Shown: in pieces, positions 36,734 through 45,185 of the stretch
Position numbering within the stretch: the first letter of the stretch is position 1
Layout of the letters: each line of letters begins with the position of its first letter
Source of the DNA: Minisyncoccota bacterium
Lineage (GTDB): Bacteria; Patescibacteriota; Minisyncoccia; Phycocordibacterales; UBA2100
Length of the DNA: 64,000 nucleotides
NCBI GenBank assembly: GCA_035708165.1
Contig: DASSSZ010000005.1
Location: 40,719 to 104,718, forward strand
Reading direction: 5' to 3'
Program-made: the position numbers and the translations under genes
The notes under the pieces: generated by a model
The model's database searches: none
What the model was told of the DNA's origin: nothing
Seen by the model: the letters and a program-made list of their open reading frames with translations, nothing else

Positions 36734-37174
36734 ATGCCGCCCGTCACTGAGATGCATGAGGAGAAGCCGCTCATGCGGCATGTGATCCAGCTCCTGATCG
36801 TACTTGTCGCGCTCATCTGCGCTGGCGTGCTCGCGTACCTCACGCAGCGCTATCTGTACAGCCGTACCGTCTCGGGCACTCCAGGCGCGACAGCCGACTA
36901 CTCGACGACCACTCCGGAGGAGCTGACGCTCCAGCAGAAGATGGAGGTGCTGCAATCGCTCGAGTCAGGCAAGGCATCGGGTACGGGCACGCAGGTCACG
37001 GGAGTAGCTTCCGGGACAGTGTCATCCGAGGGGAATGAGGCTCCCGCAAATGATGCGCGCACGCAGACGCTCGATCAGCTCGATGCGCAGCAGCAACAGC
37101 AGCAGGGCGACGATGGCGATGACTCCGGCATGAGCGCGCAAGAGAAGCTTAACCTCCTGAACTCGCTCCACTAA
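36734..37174 (+). CDS. membrane-anchored low-complexity protein with polyQ
   Basis: TM helix LLIVLVALICAGVLAYL. An S/T/G-rich region and QQQQQQ from a CAG/CAA tract at ~37088-37105 follow. Confidence 0.45.
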   Translation: MPPVTEMHEEKPLMRHVIQLLIVLVALICAGVLAYLTQRYLYSRTVSGTPGATADYSTTTPEELTLQQKMEVLQSLESGKASGTGTQVTGVASGTVSSEGNEAPANDARTQTLDQLDAQQQQQQGDDGDDSGMSAQEKLNLLNSLH

Positions 37175-37179
37175 TACGT

Positions 37180-38124
37180 ATGACGGCCCGTCGCACCAAG
37201 AAGAAATCGAACGAGCAATACGCGGTGCTGCTCAAGCAGCTGGGCGGTCTCATCGCGGTGACGATCCTGATCGCCGCTGCAACCGCGTTCATCTCCGCGA
37301 CGCCGCGCCACGCCTCCGCGACCGGCGACCCAGCCCTTTCCGGCTATCTATGGAGCGATACGATCGGCTGGATCAGCCTCAGCTGTACCAATACCGGCAC
37401 CTGCGGCACGCACAATTACGGCATGTCGATGGCCAGTTCCGGCGCACTTTCCGGCTATGGCTGGAGCGATAGCATCGGCTGGGTATCCGCCAATCCTTCC
37501 GATACCTCTGTCTGCGGCAGCCAGGCGACAGTGAGCACGAGCGGATCGGTCACCGGCTGGTTACGCGCGATTTCCGGCGGCACCTCGCAATCCGGCGGCT
37601 GGAACGGCTGCATCTCCCTCTCCGGGAGCGGCTATGGCGTGACATTCAATACGGCGAACGGCGCATTCGGCGGCTATGGCTGGGGTGACACGAATGTCGG
37701 CTGGGTGGATTTCTCCAAGGCGAGCGCTGTAGCATCGTGTACGCCGCAGAATATCTGCATCGGCAATAGCACGTACAATCAGAACGCCTATTGCCAGCAG
37801 ACGCTCATAAAGACGTGTGCTGGCACGTGCAGCAATGGCATCTGCTCGGAAGACCTGCCGCCGCCCACAGGAACGCTCATCGTCGCGCCGACCTTGGTGC
37901 GCGAAGGCATGAGCACGCAGGTCTCCTGGGATTCTGATGAGGCGTACGCCTGCCAGGTGACCGGCAGCAACGGCGATTCCTGGAGCGGTACGAGCGGGAC
38001 GAAGACGAGCAGTCCGATTACCGATACGGTCACGTATACGCTCTCATGCAAGAACGATGGCGGCAGCATGTCGGTCATCAAGAAGGTGAGTGTCTACCTC
38101 GTCCCGGTTTACCACGAGATCTGA
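37180..38124 (+). CDS. membrane-anchored surface protein with three LSGY-W-D-IGW repeats and a Cys-rich C-terminal domain
   Basis: The three repeats are LSGYLWSDTIGWISLS, LSGYGWSDSIGWVSAN and FGGYGWGDTNVGWVDFS. An N-terminal TM anchor and 14 Cys are present. Confidence 0.5.
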   Translation: MTARRTKKKSNEQYAVLLKQLGGLIAVTILIAAATAFISATPRHASATGDPALSGYLWSDTIGWISLSCTNTGTCGTHNYGMSMASSGALSGYGWSDSIGWVSANPSDTSVCGSQATVSTSGSVTGWLRAISGGTSQSGGWNGCISLSGSGYGVTFNTANGAFGGYGWGDTNVGWVDFSKASAVASCTPQNICIGNSTYNQNAYCQQTLIKTCAGTCSNGICSEDLPPPTGTLIVAPTLVREGMSTQVSWDSDEAYACQVTGSNGDSWSGTSGTKTSSPITDTVTYTLSCKNDGGSMSVIKKVSVYLVPVYHEI

Positions 38125-38292
38125 TCGCGGGATCTCCCGAAACGGCTGCACTATCGCTGAGCGATGGTACGCGTTACTGTGCTGGCGCGCATGCTGGTGG
38201 CATGCATACGGCCCGGAAGCGTATAGTGCAGTTATCCCCAACGCGAGATGCATGCGCCGGCAAAGGAAACTCATGCGCGGTACACTAAACGC

Positions 38293-40089
38293 ATGTTGAA
38301 ATCTCACATGCCGACACGTCGTGAGTTCTTCCTCCTCGCATTCCTCTTCGCCTACACCATCGCCTTCAGCGGCGTCGTCCTCGCCTGGACTGGCCCGACT
38401 GCGAGCGCGCCATCGAACAACGTCTCTGCCCCGATCAATGTCGGCTCAACCGCTCAGATCAAGACGGGCGGGTTCTGGGCCTCTTCCATCGGTTCGGATT
38501 CCGGCTACTGCATCGGCAGCTCGTGCATCACGAGCTGGCCGTCCGCGAGCACTGATCTCTGGACTAAGAGCGGATCGAGCATCTATTACAACACTGGCAA
38601 CGTCGGCATCGGCGTCACGAGCCCGTACTTCGCGCTGCAAGTCGATCAACCGTCCGCGACAGGCGGCGGCATCGCAGTCTCCACGAGCGGCCAGGATGGT
38701 AGTGCGCTCAATGGTATCAGTAACAGATATTCATATACACAGACCTCAAGCGCCACCCGGTACCCGATCGGGAATGCCAATTCCATTTACGCTAAGATCG
38801 CTTCCGGCGTGACGAACTCCGGCTACGTGATGGGTATTGACGACACGATCCTGCGCAACTACGCCGCGAATAGTGCCGATGACGGCACCCTCGCGAGTCT
38901 CATCGGCGAGCGCATCCAGTATGGCCACTACAATGTCGATCCGGGTTCGACACCGGTGACGACCGCTGCGATCGGCATCGAGATCAATCCGCTCGCATAC
39001 ACCGGCTCGATCGGCACCATGTATGACCTTCTCCTCTCCGGATCGAGCGGGAGCGATTTCGGGACGCACTACGGCATCTACCAGTCAGGCTCAGCGTTGA
39101 ACTATTTCGGAGGGAAGGTCGGCATCGGTACCTCGAATCCCAGCGCCACCCTCGACGTCAACGGCACTGCAGTCATTGGCCGCCCTTCGGATTATTGGGC
39201 TACCAGCGGCTTTTATGGTGTCAGTGGCTTAGGTCAGCTCAGCACGGACGGCTCTTATGAGACCTCCCTCACTTCAAACGGCTATCGTAACTCGAGCGGC
39301 ACCTGGACCTCTTACGGTGCGAATGGCTACACTGGTGCCTCTCAGATCGCCCTCAGTCCGCAGGGCTACATCGACTTTCGTGCCGACACATCGAAAGCTT
39401 CAGGTAGTGCGACTCACCCTGACACGGTCATGCGGATTACGCCTGCGGGGAGTGTGGGAATTGGCACCGCTTCGCCTGGCACCAAGCTCACCGTCGCTGG
39501 TGAGATCACGTCCACGAACGCCAACGCATTCCGCATGGCCTACGGCAACTACGGCGCATTCTGGCGCAACGACGGCAGCAATACCTACTTCCTCCTCACG
39601 AACTCGGGCGATCAGTACGGCACGTGGAACTCCCTGCGGCCGCTTACCATCAACGATTCGAGCGGGGCAGTGACGGTCGGGACAGGCCTTACGGTGAGCG
39701 GGAATGTCTCCGCAAGCGCCTTCCTCTATACCTCCGACCAGTCCCTCAAGCACAATGTGCAGACGATTCCCGACGCGCTCTCGCTGGTCGAGAAGCTGCG
39801 TGGCGTGATGTTCAACTGGAACAGCGATGATCGTCCCGATATGGGTGTGATTGCGCAGGAGGTGCAGAAGGTCCTCCCGCAGCTCGTGCACACCGATGCG
39901 GCGACCGGACTCGAATCAGTCGAATACGGCAACTTCATCGGCATTTTCATCGAGGCGATCAAGCAGGTGCAAGGAGAGGTGACGAATCTTCAGCAAGAGA
40001 ATGCGCAATTGACGCAGCAGAATGCGCAGCTCACGCAGGAAGTGCAATCGCTCGATGCACGTGTTTCAGCGCTTGAAGCGGCACGGTAG
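38293..40089 (+). CDS. tail-fibre-like surface protein with C-terminal peptidase-S74-type intramolecular chaperone domain and terminal coiled-coil
   Basis: C-terminal SDQSLKHNVQTIPDALSLVEKLRGVMFNWNSDDRPDMGVIAQEVQKVLPQLVHTDAATGLESVEYGNFIGIFIEAIKQVQ matches the endosialidase/tail-spike chaperone domain pattern (SD..K.NI..l...L..l...Y.w......GviAQEv..v.PelV). An N-terminal TM anchor is present. Confidence 0.65.
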   Translation: MLKSHMPTRREFFLLAFLFAYTIAFSGVVLAWTGPTASAPSNNVSAPINVGSTAQIKTGGFWASSIGSDSGYCIGSSCITSWPSASTDLWTKSGSSIYYNTGNVGIGVTSPYFALQVDQPSATGGGIAVSTSGQDGSALNGISNRYSYTQTSSATRYPIGNANSIYAKIASGVTNSGYVMGIDDTILRNYAANSADDGTLASLIGERIQYGHYNVDPGSTPVTTAAIGIEINPLAYTGSIGTMYDLLLSGSSGSDFGTHYGIYQSGSALNYFGGKVGIGTSNPSATLDVNGTAVIGRPSDYWATSGFYGVSGLGQLSTDGSYETSLTSNGYRNSSGTWTSYGANGYTGASQIALSPQGYIDFRADTSKASGSATHPDTVMRITPAGSVGIGTASPGTKLTVAGEITSTNANAFRMAYGNYGAFWRNDGSNTYFLLTNSGDQYGTWNSLRPLTINDSSGAVTVGTGLTVSGNVSASAFLYTSDQSLKHNVQTIPDALSLVEKLRGVMFNWNSDDRPDMGVIAQEVQKVLPQLVHTDAATGLESVEYGNFIGIFIEAIKQVQGEVTNLQQENAQLTQQNAQLTQEVQSLDARVSALEAAR

Positions 40090-40099
40090 TTTAGGGGGC

Positions 40100-41317
40100 A
40101 TGATCGGTTTCGATTCTCAGCAACATGCCATATCACGACGATTCCTACGTCTGAGAGCGTGCAGGCTCTTTATCGGCAAGATTCTCTCCCTAGCCCTCAG
40201 TATCATCGTGGCGGTCGGCATACTGCCGATTCCTGCATCAGCGGCGAGCGGCTCGCAGTCCTACACGACTCCGGGGACGTATACGTTCACCATACCGGCG
40301 AACTACACGTCGCTCACCGTGCAGGTGTGGGGAGGTGGAGGCGGCGGAGGTGCATTGGGCGGCGGAGGCGGCGGCGCATACAATACGAAGACATTCGCTG
40401 CAGGCGCGTTGTCGGGATCGGTGACAGTGACGGTGGGTGCCGGCGGCGCCGGCATGCCGTTCGACTCGTACACGTCTGGCGGTGTGACTGGCGGCACGAG
40501 TAGCTTCGGATCGTATGTTGCTGCCTATGGCGGCGGAGGAGGAGGAGCCGGTTCGAATTCGGCGTATGCCGGTGCCGGCGGCGGCGGACAAAGCGCTGCG
40601 GGCCAGATCGGAGGGTACACGTCCGGCGGCGCGGGCGGCAGTCCGTCCGGCGGCGCGGGCGGCGCATCATCGATAGGTGGTAGCAAGCAGGCTCAGACGA
40701 CCGCTCAGCCTGGAGGTAATTCCGTATATGGCGGCGGAGGCGGTGGCGGCATAGCTATCAATTCTATCTCGAATGGCGCAGCGGGTGGCTCCTCGACGTA
40801 CGGCGGCGGAGGCGGCGGAGGCTTCGGGGGCGCCAATAGTTCGGGCGCAGGCGGCTCCTCGACCTACGGCGGAGGCGGTGGCGGGGCAGGGGAGGATAAC
40901 AACGGCGCGCACGCGGGTGCGGGTGGCTACTCGACGAGCGGCGGCGCTGGAGGTGCGGGCTGCAACCTGACCAGTTCTCTCGCTGTCATTTCTCCTGCGC
41001 AGTCCGGTTACTTCCCGGCGGGCGGAGGCGGAGGCGGATACAGGCAGAGCTGTGTCGGCGGCAATGGCGCAGGCGGCGAAGTCGTCATCACCTGGACCGC
41101 TTCGAACTGCCCGACGGCCATCACATCCGCAGCGGGCGGTAAGGGATTCCAGCTCCTCGCGAACATCGCGAATCGGCTGATCAGCGCCGTCGGCATCAAT
41201 ACATGCGTCACGAACACCACCGGCAACAGCTACTTCATCCCTTCGAATACCGCAGCTGAACTGCAGAGCTTCCTGAACGCGGCCTCCCGCCTCGGCGTGA
41301 CGGTGTTCACACCGTAG
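40100..41317 (+). CDS. secreted glycine-rich-domain protein (TFTIPANYTSLTVQVWGGGGGGG motif)
   Basis: RBS AGGGGG is present. A signal/anchor is followed by long G-rich repeats (GGGGGG.. SSTYGGGGGG). The C-terminal module NTTGNSYFIPSNTAAELQSFLN is shared with the N-terminus of 42280..43029. Confidence 0.55.
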   Translation: MIGFDSQQHAISRRFLRLRACRLFIGKILSLALSIIVAVGILPIPASAASGSQSYTTPGTYTFTIPANYTSLTVQVWGGGGGGGALGGGGGGAYNTKTFAAGALSGSVTVTVGAGGAGMPFDSYTSGGVTGGTSSFGSYVAAYGGGGGGAGSNSAYAGAGGGGQSAAGQIGGYTSGGAGGSPSGGAGGASSIGGSKQAQTTAQPGGNSVYGGGGGGGIAINSISNGAAGGSSTYGGGGGGGFGGANSSGAGGSSTYGGGGGGAGEDNNGAHAGAGGYSTSGGAGGAGCNLTSSLAVISPAQSGYFPAGGGGGGYRQSCVGGNGAGGEVVITWTASNCPTAITSAAGGKGFQLLANIANRLISAVGINTCVTNTTGNSYFIPSNTAAELQSFLNAASRLGVTVFTP

Positions 41318-41459
41318 CGAGTTACCCACAGGCACTCCCTGTCATCCCCTCAATGCGGTGTCGCGGTCGGCTCTCGATGAGCATCTAGTGCTGCACGTCT
41401 GCTCATTCCTGTGCACATTCCGCATCAATCGACCGGAAATAGGCGGGTATACTAGAGAC

Positions 41460-42299
41460 ATGATGCTCGTGGTTCCTGAGGTGGGCGATGTATCGCGATG
41501 TGCCGGCGCACGCGCATCGCGCGGCGAAATTCGCACGGAGCTGCTGGCGTTTGTCGGGCTGTGCATCGCGCTCTGCCTCGTCGGTCTAGCATACTATGCC
41601 TCCCAGTATCGGCAGGGGGCATCGGCGGCCGCATCTTCTGCGGCTTCCCATGATACGACCGCGCTGGCGCTCTCGTCGACTGAAGTGAGCACCTCCTCAT
41701 TGCCGGCGACCTTCGCGCCTGCGAGCGACACGGTGACCCTCTACGAATTCGATTCATTCGATCCATCCTGCACCTCGTGCGCAGGCGTGCATGCAGCGGT
41801 CATGGCGGCGGTCGCGTCCCTGCCGAGCAGCGCGGTGTATCATTTCCGCGCGTACCCGATCGCACGTCCGCTCTCGGACGATGCGTCCTCGACGCCAGTG
41901 TTCGATCCGCGCGACATCCTGGGGCTGTGCATCGCCTCGGCCACACAGGCGCAAGGTGATGGTGCGATCCTCGCGTATGCCGCAGCTGCATACGCGAGCG
42001 CGAGCGCGACGCCTGATGCGCTTCTGAGCGCGATCCCTGCTGCGGATCGCGATGCGGCGGAGAACTGCGTCGCCGCGATGCCCGAGAACGACATGCCGAT
42101 CACCGATGTGCTCTCACGGTACCAGTACGACCAGGTGCCGAGCGCGCCCGCCGTATTCATCCAGATTCCGGGCGTACCTGATCCGATTTCGATCGGCGCT
42201 GACCCGAAGAACATCGCGGCCGTGCTGCAGTCGCTGGTCGCCGACCCGGCCGGTTTCGCCGCATCGCTGAGGGAGCAATATGAGAAACGTGCGCAGTAG
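41460..42299 (+). CDS. membrane-anchored thioredoxin-fold protein, DsbA-like (CxxC = CTSC), tentative
   Basis: VTLYEFDSFDPSCTSCAGVHAAV resembles the DsbA active-site context (..vEFfsy.CphC). A TM anchor is present. A TATACT -10 lies upstream. Confidence 0.4.
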   Translation: MMLVVPEVGDVSRCAGARASRGEIRTELLAFVGLCIALCLVGLAYYASQYRQGASAAASSAASHDTTALALSSTEVSTSSLPATFAPASDTVTLYEFDSFDPSCTSCAGVHAAVMAAVASLPSSAVYHFRAYPIARPLSDDASSTPVFDPRDILGLCIASATQAQGDGAILAYAAAAYASASATPDALLSAIPAADRDAAENCVAAMPENDMPITDVLSRYQYDQVPSAPAVFIQIPGVPDPISIGADPKNIAAVLQSLVADPAGFAASLREQYEKRAQ

Positions 42300-43029
42300 G
42301 AAATGGCAGCTGTTCTGCCTGTGCGCGGCAGGCGCCGTGCTCGTGCTTGGCGCGCGCGAGGCGTTCGCCATCAATGCGATCTCGGAAGGATTCAAGGTGA
42401 ACGGCACAAGCCAGCAGATCAGCGCCTATAGCAGCTGCTACGAAGCGAATTCGACGAACGGCGCCGCGTATTTCTTTCCGTCGAAGACCTCGACCGAGTT
42501 CAGTTCGTTCGTGAACCACAAGCCCGCAGCCGTGAACCTGAACGCATGTCAGATGCTGACCGGCGGGAAACATACGGCTGTCGACTGCTCCGGAGCCGGG
42601 GGATCGACATTCGACGGCCTCTGCAAATTCGCCGGATCGGTCTGTCCGTCAAGCTGGACAGCTTCCGGCTACGTCGACTGGCCGAGCTTCTCGTGTTCTG
42701 CGGTCTCTTCGTATGTGTGCGATGCGGGCACGCAGTACACCGGACCGACGAGCTGCAGCGGCGGGAGCAGCTTCTCTTCTTCTGGCATCACGCCTTCCTG
42801 CTCGTATGGTTATACCTCGAGCTCGTACGGAGCGTACACCACGTACGGATGGACCAACCCTCCATGCGGGTATCAAGACGTCTGCGGCGGGTTCCCGTAT
42901 AGCTGCACGCTTCAATATGTGTGCCCGGCCCCTGTATACGGGCCCATCACGGCGTATGGAGAGATTTGCTCGCCAGTGTCGGAGACCTGCAGAGAGCCAT
43001 ATGCTCCAAGCGCGATTTATTGCGAATAG
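42280..43029 (+). CDS. secreted Cys-rich protein (about 25 Cys)
   Basis: Signal peptide is present. The N-terminal module AAYFFPSKTSTEFSSFVN is similar to the C-terminus of 40100..41317. The C-terminal half is Cys/Tyr/Ser/Gly-rich. Confidence 0.5.
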   Translation: MRNVRSRKWQLFCLCAAGAVLVLGAREAFAINAISEGFKVNGTSQQISAYSSCYEANSTNGAAYFFPSKTSTEFSSFVNHKPAAVNLNACQMLTGGKHTAVDCSGAGGSTFDGLCKFAGSVCPSSWTASGYVDWPSFSCSAVSSYVCDAGTQYTGPTSCSGGSSFSSSGITPSCSYGYTSSSYGAYTTYGWTNPPCGYQDVCGGFPYSCTLQYVCPAPVYGPITAYGEICSPVSETCREPYAPSAIYCE

Positions 43030-43096
43030 ATCTCACCGAGATACGTTATCAACAAGCGGGCGCCGGCGAATGGCCGCCGTGGTGTAATCTAATGGC

Positions 43097-44902
43097 ATGA
43101 ATAGTAACGGTAATGATGGCATGCACTCATTGCGCCGCTCCCTCGCCGGGCTTTCAGGCCGCAGCAACCTCTTCCTCCTCGCATTCCTCTTCGCCTACAC
43201 CATCGCCTTCAGCGGCGTCGTCCTCGCCTGGACCGGCCCCACGGCAAGCGCGCCATCGAACAACGTCTCTGCGCCGGTCAATGTCGGTGCGACGAGCCAA
43301 ATCAAAACCGGCGGCTTCTGGGCTTCTTCTATCGGCTCCGACAATGGCTACTGCATCGGTAGCTCGTGCATCACCTCGTGGCCCTCTGGCCTTGGCGGCT
43401 CGGGATCGACGAACTATGTCCCGAAGTTCACTGCCGGCACGACCTTGGGCAATTCGCTTATCTCCGACAATGGTTCGACGGTCGTCGTGCACGGTACTGG
43501 CAACACCACGACCTGGGCATTCGAAGGCTTGGGTGGCTATGAAGGCGTCTACGGCTCTGGGACCAACATCGGCCTCTATGGCGCCACGTCGGGCAGTACC
43601 GGCGGCTGGGCGATCGAAGGCGTCGGCAGCAACACCTCGAGCAATGGCATCTACGGGCAGGGAACCAATGTCGCGACGGAAGCATACAACCCGACGAGCG
43701 GCAGCCGTGTCTATCTTGGCTACGGGAACTATGGCATCTACTCCAGTGCGCCGACTAACTACTTCAGCGGCAACGTCGGGATCGGCGATTCCTCGCCCTC
43801 GACCGATCTCGACGTGGCGGGCGATATCTGGACGTCAGCGGCAGGCAGCGGCCGCAGCTCGTTCTATGACCTGGCTGGTGGCAAGATCGCCGCAGGCTCG
43901 AGCCTCTATTCGTACGGCGACATCTGCACCGGCAACAACAGCGGCGCGTGCACTGGTACGGGCGGCGTCGTGATCGGCAATACGAATGCATCCGCTGCGG
44001 TGAACGTCACGAATGCCGGTACTATCCGCACGAACGGAGAAGTGCAATCCGCTTCAGCGAACGCCTTCCGCATGGTCTACGGCAACTACGGCGCCTTCTG
44101 GCGCAATGACGGTTCGAATACTTACTTCCTTCTCACCAATTCCGGTGATCAATATGGCACCTACAATTCGTTGCGTCCGCTCTGGATTAATGATGCGAAT
44201 GGGAGTGTCGGGATCGGTACGTCGTTGAGTGTGCCGAGCATCAAATTCTCTGATGGTACGACGCAGACGACGGCAGCGACCGGAGGGAATTCGCATGCGC
44301 AGATATTCACCTCAAGCGGTACCTGGACGAAGCCTTCCGGAGTCAATGTGGTTATCGCGCAATGCTGGGGCGGTGGAGGTGGTGGACTGTCCGATCCGAG
44401 TTATCACCAGGTTGATGCTGGCGGTGGTGGCGGAGGATATCTTGAAATGACGTTTGCTGCGTCTCAAATCGCCTCATCAGTAGCGGTTACGGTGGGCGGC
44501 GGCGGTGCGGGGACAACCTCGAGTGGACAGACTGCCTATGCCGGCAATGGTGGTACGTCAAGTTTCGGACCCTATCTCTCCGTGCAGGGCGGGAGCGGTG
44601 CTTACCACATCACTAATAATAGCGCATGGACTCCTGGGGCTGGTGGTGGCGGCGGGCTCTATGGTCCGGGGAATGGCGGATCCGGTGCATCTGGCCAGTC
44701 GGGCTCGACGATGGCAGTTGGGGCAGGGGCTTCGGCATTCGGTGGTGGTGGCGGTGGTGGTGGGACCACGGTTTCTAGCGGAGGAACATCTCAGAATGGA
44801 GGAGCCGGCGGAGCGGACGGTTATGCTGGTGCTGCACCAGGCGGCGGCGGAGGTGGCGGTGCATCGGGTGCCCGCGGGGAGTGCATCATTTACTCCTACT
44901 AG
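43097..44902 (+). CDS. tail-fibre-like surface protein, mosaic paralog of 38293..40089 with C-terminal glycine-rich domain (TWTKPSGVNVVIAQCWGGGGGG motif)
   Basis: The N-terminal ~85 aa are near-identical to 38293 gene, and a shared central block is ANAFRM.YGNYGAFWRNDGSNTYFLLTNSGDQYGT. The C-terminus is G-rich like 40100 gene. Confidence 0.6.
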   Translation: MNSNGNDGMHSLRRSLAGLSGRSNLFLLAFLFAYTIAFSGVVLAWTGPTASAPSNNVSAPVNVGATSQIKTGGFWASSIGSDNGYCIGSSCITSWPSGLGGSGSTNYVPKFTAGTTLGNSLISDNGSTVVVHGTGNTTTWAFEGLGGYEGVYGSGTNIGLYGATSGSTGGWAIEGVGSNTSSNGIYGQGTNVATEAYNPTSGSRVYLGYGNYGIYSSAPTNYFSGNVGIGDSSPSTDLDVAGDIWTSAAGSGRSSFYDLAGGKIAAGSSLYSYGDICTGNNSGACTGTGGVVIGNTNASAAVNVTNAGTIRTNGEVQSASANAFRMVYGNYGAFWRNDGSNTYFLLTNSGDQYGTYNSLRPLWINDANGSVGIGTSLSVPSIKFSDGTTQTTAATGGNSHAQIFTSSGTWTKPSGVNVVIAQCWGGGGGGLSDPSYHQVDAGGGGGGYLEMTFAASQIASSVAVTVGGGGAGTTSSGQTAYAGNGGTSSFGPYLSVQGGSGAYHITNNSAWTPGAGGGGGLYGPGNGGSGASGQSGSTMAVGAGASAFGGGGGGGGTTVSSGGTSQNGGAGGADGYAGAAPGGGGGGGASGARGECIIYSY

Positions 44903-45185
44903 CGCCTCGCAAGCCTCTGAAAGACGCGCGGAGCCTGCGGCCCGCGCGTCTTTCGCGCGTATGCACCGGTTGCGCATATGGCTTGACGTAGCGCATATGC
45001 TTGGATAGTATTGCGGCACGCAGAGGCGTTTTTTGTTTGCTCATTGCCAGGCCGGAATCAGCCACACTGGGCGGCAGGATCGCATACTGCACCTTATTAT
45101 CCAGCGGAGTTGCTAGAGAAGAGGGAAGGTTCTCGTGCCCCCATCTCTGGTAGCTCGGTTCGTATGGCTAACTACTGATAATCGT

